Source: Synechococcus sp.
GTDB taxonomy: Bacteria > Cyanobacteriota > Cyanobacteriia > PCC-6307 > Cyanobiaceae
Length of the DNA: 64,000 nucleotides
Direction of reading: 5' to 3'
Assembly: GCA_047285305.1 (NCBI GenBank)
Contig: JBJBDL010000003.1
Span: 1,760,001-1,824,000, forward strand
In this document: one piece after another, positions 59,439 to 64,000 of the stretch
Layout: each line of letters begins with the position of its first letter
Numbering within the stretch: the first letter of the stretch is position 1
Position numbers and translations under genes: made by a program
The notes under the pieces: model-generated
Seen by the model: only the letters and a program-made list of their open reading frames with translations
What the model was told of the DNA's origin: nothing
Databases searched by the model: none

Positions 59439-60005
59439 GTGATGATGCTTTATCTCTACGGAGGCCCCAAGACCCGCGTTTCAATGCCGAAATGGTACTT
59501 GGCAGAAAAGGGAATTTCTTATGAATACGTAAACATTGACATGGCATCTCGCCAAAATCTTGCTGCGAGCTATCTGGAGGTCAATCCTTTCGGCAAACTG
59601 CCTGCCCTCAAAGACGACAGCAATGGTTTGGTGCTGTTTGAGTCAGGCGCCATTCTTCAGTATTTGTCTGAGAATTACGCCAACGAAGTCCATGACGCCT
59701 CAACACGCGCCTCGATCAGCCAGTGGATTCTTTTCGCCAACTCCACACTGGCGATCGCTTTATTCGTCCCCTCAAATAAGGAGCGGGAGTTCCCCAGGCT
59801 GATGGCAACCCTGAATGACATCTACACCAAGAATCAATTTCTGGTGGGAGATTGCTGGACCGCAGCAGACTGTGCAGTCAATGCATATCTCGGCTACCTC
59901 CCCATCTTCTATCCCAACGAAGACCTCTCCGCTTATCCCGAAATCCAAGCTCTCAATGAGCGAACACGATCCAACCCGAATTACAGAACAATTATGGACC
60001 TTTAA
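59439..60005 (+). CDS. Glutathione S-transferase family protein
   Basis: WYLAEKG, NPFGKLPAL, LFESGAILQYL and WTAAD. Confidence 0.92.
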   Translation: MMMLYLYGGPKTRVSMPKWYLAEKGISYEYVNIDMASRQNLAASYLEVNPFGKLPALKDDSNGLVLFESGAILQYLSENYANEVHDASTRASISQWILFANSTLAIALFVPSNKEREFPRLMATLNDIYTKNQFLVGDCWTAADCAVNAYLGYLPIFYPNEDLSAYPEIQALNERTRSNPNYRTIMDL

Positions 60006-60233
60006 ATCATTCAATTGCCATTAAATTTTCACGTCTTTCTTTCATTCATTGATTCAATTTTCTGTCCTGCTCGATGCTTCCCACGCCGCCAACAAAACAA
60101 TCTGCCGCAATCAAGACCGATTGAATTGGGTCAACACGCCGAACGCGTCTTAAAGAAACTCCGCATCACCCAAGGGACTGGCGTCTGTCTGCTGTGAGCA
60201 GTCCCAACTGGAACGCTGCTTAATCTTGCCGAC

Positions 60234-61748
60234 ATGCGCAATTCCTTCTTCGATCAGAGCCTCGACGCCGGCGCAATTCGCCGGCGCGTGCAGGAGCTCT
60301 CGACCGGCAAGGTGGGGTTCTACAGCGTCGGGCTTTATCCCGCCTCGCTGGCCTACAACTGCGCCATGCAGAACGCCAAAGGGCTTCTGCTGCTGGCCCC
60401 TCGCCCCGGCCGGGACCTCCTGGGAGCCTTCCCCCAGGAGACGATTGCAACGATGGACGATGAGCACGTGGAGACCGTGCTCAACATGGGCGGCCACCGC
60501 ATCGGAGGTGAGCTGGTCGCCAACACCCTCAGTGATCTGATCCAGCGCTGCGAGCTTGTTGTGCTCAGCGCCAACAGCAACCACATCGAAGAAGACCTCC
60601 AGGAAGCCTGCCGCCTGCGCAAGGAACTCCATCGGGAGCAGGTGGTGTTGGCCTGCCTGGCGGGATCCTTCAGCCATGACCCGATCAGCAACAGCGCCTA
60701 TGTGCTGTGCGAACAACAACCCGAGCTTGCCTTTTTCTCCGGCTTCCACCGCCATGGGGCTCTGCGCAACCCCTTCGACAGCTTCACCGCCAACTTCTGC
60801 CATCCCAATGCCCTGACGGCCATGTTGGGGGCGCAACTGATGGATCAACTGTCCCCGAACATCCAGGTCTCCGCCGGTGTTCACAACGTGGAGGGGCAGT
60901 TCATCAAGGCCGCCAAAAACATGGCCTCGGTGTTCGCCGGCTTCGGCTATGGCTTCCATCAGGACAATCCCGGGGTGTTGCCAACGCTGCTGACCCTGCT
61001 GCTGAACCAGTGTCTGGACCAAGCGGCCACCGTGTCGATGGCACGCCCAGACCGCCAACGGCTCTACCACCGGCAGCCCTTTCCCCTAACGGAACTGGGC
61101 TACGCCGTCCCCAGGATTGAATCCACCCTGGTGCGCGATGGCGACTTTGAGCGGGTGCGAGACCACACCTTCAGCCAACTCACGGCAATGGTGGCCGATG
61201 TGCGCGGCAGCATGATGTTGCCGGTCTCCGGCAGCCCCACCCGCAACTTCCAAGCCGGGCAAGTGATGGCCGAGGCGATGCGCGATCAAGGCCGATGCCC
61301 CCATTCCATGGAGGAATTGGAGCAGTGGTGTGAAGCTGCAGGTCTGCGCAAAGGTGGCCTGGAGGGGCTCAAATCCCTGCGGCACTGGCCTCAGATCGCA
61401 CGCAAGTACGCCATCCCAGCCAACGACGCTTCGATGGTAAACCTGCTGTACATGGCGATTTACGGGCGGGCAGGCGTGAAAGAGACCGCCTACCGGGTTA
61501 TGACGGAAAGCCGTGAACTCTCTAGTTACTGCCAGGAATCCGTGCGGCCCAGCCACAGCCGACGCTACGCCGAGGCACTTCAGAACCTCGATGTTCCCAA
61601 AGCCCTCGAGCTGGTGGTGAATGCCGTGATTGCCGACAACGCCAATCAGGCCATGGGCAGCAAGATGGCCCTGGACGAGAACGGTGAGACCGGGGTACCG
61701 GCCTACCTGGAGCTCATGGATGTGATCGAAAGCCAGCTCGATACCTGA
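60234..61748 (+). CDS. Hypothetical protein, distantly GpsA (glycerol-3-phosphate dehydrogenase)-like
   Basis: 504-aa ORF with AAKNMASVFAG, TRNFQAG and LEGL motifs in GpsA order. Confidence 0.75.
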   Translation: MRNSFFDQSLDAGAIRRRVQELSTGKVGFYSVGLYPASLAYNCAMQNAKGLLLLAPRPGRDLLGAFPQETIATMDDEHVETVLNMGGHRIGGELVANTLSDLIQRCELVVLSANSNHIEEDLQEACRLRKELHREQVVLACLAGSFSHDPISNSAYVLCEQQPELAFFSGFHRHGALRNPFDSFTANFCHPNALTAMLGAQLMDQLSPNIQVSAGVHNVEGQFIKAAKNMASVFAGFGYGFHQDNPGVLPTLLTLLLNQCLDQAATVSMARPDRQRLYHRQPFPLTELGYAVPRIESTLVRDGDFERVRDHTFSQLTAMVADVRGSMMLPVSGSPTRNFQAGQVMAEAMRDQGRCPHSMEELEQWCEAAGLRKGGLEGLKSLRHWPQIARKYAIPANDASMVNLLYMAIYGRAGVKETAYRVMTESRELSSYCQESVRPSHSRRYAEALQNLDVPKALELVVNAVIADNANQAMGSKMALDENGETGVPAYLELMDVIESQLDT

Positions 61749-61809
61749 GTCGGCTTTGGTTCTGCACACCTGAACAGGGCAGAGGACAGGGAGGCCGGCA
61801 AGGTGCCAT

Positions 61810-62949
61810 ATGAGACCCATGCGACCATTAATGACCGAGGCCCTGGAAGCCATTGCCGATCGCTTCCATCCTCGCGAGGGGATCAAAGCCATCCGTTCCC
61901 TCGGTTCGGGCAACGTCAACGAAACGTTCCTCGTGACCCACGAGGGACAAGGCGGCGCCTTCGTCATGCAACGCCTGAACACAAACGTGTTCGATCGGCC
62001 TGACCTGGTGATGCAGAACCTGCAGGCCCTGGGCGACCACATGGAACGCCGTCTCGCCTCTCCACCCCCACAACTGAAGGGGCGGCGCTGGGAAGTGCCC
62101 AGGGTGGTTCCCTGTCGGCGAGAGGCCTCCCCCTGGATCGAACAGAACGGAGAGTTCTGGCGCTCGATCACGTACATCGGCGCGGCGAACACCAGCGATG
62201 TCATTCGGGACAGTGCCCACGCAAAGGAAGTGGGGTACGGGCTGGGAATGTTCCATTACCTGATCAGCGATCTGCCCATCAATCAACTAGCGGACACCCT
62301 CCAGAATTTCCATGTCACGCCGGCCTACCTCCAACACTTTGATGCGGTCGCCAAAGCCACAGTCCGCCTGGGGCCTGCCGAACGTGACGCATGCTCGTTC
62401 ATCGAGGCACGTCGTCAGGGCGTCGATGTGCTGGAAGCAGCGCTCAGCCGCGGTGAACTCCATCACCGCCCCATCCATGGGGACCCCAAGATCAACAACG
62501 TAATGATCGATGAGGCCAGCGGCCAGGCGATCGGTCTGATCGATCTAGACACCGTCAAACCGGGGCTCGTTCACTACGACATCGGCGACTGTGTGCGCTC
62601 CTGCTGCAATCGAGCCGGTGAGGAAACCCTCTGTCTCGACGATGTGAGCTTCGATATGGAGCTCTGTGAGGCGATCCTCACGGGCTACCTCTCCGTTGCT
62701 GGTGGGTTCCTGAATGACTGGGACCTGCACTATCTGCCCCACTGCATCCGCCTGATCCCCCTGGAGCTTGGCCTGCGCTTTCTCACGGATCACTTGGAGG
62801 GCGATGTGTATTTCCGCTGCGATCGACCTGGGCACAACCTGCAACGCGCCCTGGTGCAGTTCCGACTCACCGAAGCGGTGGAGCAGCAGTTCAACGCCCT
62901 GGAGCAACTGGTTGCGCTACTGAAGCAGCAGCCAAGTCCAAGCCTCTGA
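61810..62949 (+). CDS. APH/choline-kinase-fold phosphotransferase
   Basis: LGSGNVNETF, MQRLN, IHGDPKINN, IDLDTVKPG and YDIGD. Confidence 0.9.
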   Translation: MRPMRPLMTEALEAIADRFHPREGIKAIRSLGSGNVNETFLVTHEGQGGAFVMQRLNTNVFDRPDLVMQNLQALGDHMERRLASPPPQLKGRRWEVPRVVPCRREASPWIEQNGEFWRSITYIGAANTSDVIRDSAHAKEVGYGLGMFHYLISDLPINQLADTLQNFHVTPAYLQHFDAVAKATVRLGPAERDACSFIEARRQGVDVLEAALSRGELHHRPIHGDPKINNVMIDEASGQAIGLIDLDTVKPGLVHYDIGDCVRSCCNRAGEETLCLDDVSFDMELCEAILTGYLSVAGGFLNDWDLHYLPHCIRLIPLELGLRFLTDHLEGDVYFRCDRPGHNLQRALVQFRLTEAVEQQFNALEQLVALLKQQPSPSL

Positions 62950-62950
62950 G

Positions 62951-63526
62951 ATGGCGCGTTCTGCCGTGATGCTGCGTCAGGCCTGCCGCCTGATTCCCTT
63001 TGAACGGTCCATTCCAGCAGGGGTCCAGATCAGCGCTGAGCTGGTGTGGAGGCGCGAGGGTTGGCTGGAACTCAGCTACAGGGTTATGGCCCGCGCGGCC
63101 AAGGGCATTGGCGTCCTGAAGCTGCCAGCGGGGCTGAACGATGGGCCCCAACAGGGGCAGCGCAAAGATGAGCTCTGGACCACCACCTGCTTCGAGGCAT
63201 TCATCGCTGCGCCCGGTGAGCAGCATTATTGGGAAGTGAATCTTGCTGCCAATGGCGATTGGGCGATCTATCACTTCAATGGCTACCGCAGTGGACAAAC
63301 GCAACAGGAGCTGAGCACACCCCCAACGGTGCGGCTGCAACGCGGGTTGCACCAACTGCAGCTCGACGCCCGGATTGCATTGGAGCCGTGGTGGACTCCA
63401 GACGTCTGCCCAGACCTGTCACTGACGGCCGTGATTGACCGTGAACAGGAGGGGCTGAGCCATTGGGCCCTCCGCCACGGCCCCAAGGCCGACTTTCACG
63501 ACCGCAGCACCTTTCTTGCCGCCTGA
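62951..63526 (+). CDS. DOMON-like domain protein
   Basis: RKDELWTTTCFEAF, YWEVNLA, FNGYR, LTAVI and HWAL.H..ADFH. Confidence 0.8.
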   Translation: MARSAVMLRQACRLIPFERSIPAGVQISAELVWRREGWLELSYRVMARAAKGIGVLKLPAGLNDGPQQGQRKDELWTTTCFEAFIAAPGEQHYWEVNLAANGDWAIYHFNGYRSGQTQQELSTPPTVRLQRGLHQLQLDARIALEPWWTPDVCPDLSLTAVIDREQEGLSHWALRHGPKADFHDRSTFLAA

Positions 63527-63565
63527 ACCTCACCGGTAGGGTCTAAACAGCGCCCCTGCCCCACC

Positions 63566-64000
63566 ATGCGCAGCCGCAATGTGCTTGTTGTCTCGGCCAT
63601 CACGGCAAGCCTGCTGACAGGGCTGTGGCTTAGACCAAAACAGCCGCAGGCCGCAGCCGAAGCGGTTGTTTCAAAGCAAGCTGTCTCCAAGCCAGTGGTG
63701 ACTGAGCCAATGGTGAAGGCGCCTGTGCTGCTTCCTGCCCAAGCCAGCCAACCGAGAACCAAAGACGGCCGGCAGTACCCCCTTGTGCCAGCTGAACCAG
63801 CCGAGCTGGCAACACTGCTGGCGGACGTTGAACAGGCGCTGAGGGATCCCGCCACAGCGGCCGAGGCCCTGCCCGATCTCGGCCATCAACAACAGGTGAT
63901 CTACCGGGTCTTGTCGACGGACCAACCCAGATCTCAGCAGGTCATCAAGGCTCTACCTCCGCGCTGGCGCAGCGTGGCGGAACGCCACCTGGCAGCACGG
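63566..64000 (+). CDS. Exported protein, 5' part only (possibly a lytic transglycosylase)
   Basis: MRSRNVLVVSAITASLLTGLWL...GHQQQVIYRVL is open to the window end. Any catalytic domain is outside the window. Confidence 0.55.
   Translation, partial: MRSRNVLVVSAITASLLTGLWLRPKQPQAAAEAVVSKQAVSKPVVTEPMVKAPVLLPAQASQPRTKDGRQYPLVPAEPAELATLLADVEQALRDPATAAEALPDLGHQQQVIYRVLSTDQPRSQQVIKALPPRWRSVAERHLAAR

Overview
GC-rich marine picocyanobacterial chromosome, inferred to be Synechococcus subcluster 5.1-like from gene content and order. Positions 1-36.9 kb are mostly core genes: the uppS 3' end, bioB, a TrhO-type rhodanese, lipA, recR, psbP, an LCP protein, a CPA2 antiporter, an ABC exporter, an RRM protein, a DEAD-box helicase, recD/recB/recC, ycf54, pdxJ, an acyltransferase, bolA/grxD, a response regulator, crtH, trmFO, psbY, tRNA-Lys(UUU) and tRNA-Pro(UGG). 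An accessory region of visibly lower GC follows tRNA-Pro (about 37.0-47.3 kb). It is packed with 36-90 aa ORFs, an hli gene and candidate sRNAs. Inside it, a 3,831-bp segment (43276-47106) is bracketed by a perfect 294-bp direct repeat and encodes no recognisable recombinase. That segment carries two diverged tandem copies of a ~370-nt element whose hairpins are preserved by compensatory changes, a candidate new large structured ncRNA. The two copies are separated by a candidate minus-strand sRNA and a Fur-box-like palindrome. From 47.3 to 64 kb the window holds an HDAC-family gene, an FMN-binding protein, a 2OG-Fe(II) oxygenase, a phosphoesterase, a Fur-family regulator with two DUF3721-like genes, an arsS-like radical SAM gene, stpA, a Rieske oxygenase, a frameshifted gene, a GST, and a GpsA-like / phosphotransferase / DOMON-like cluster. 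All assignments come from reading motifs by eye; no database searches were run.
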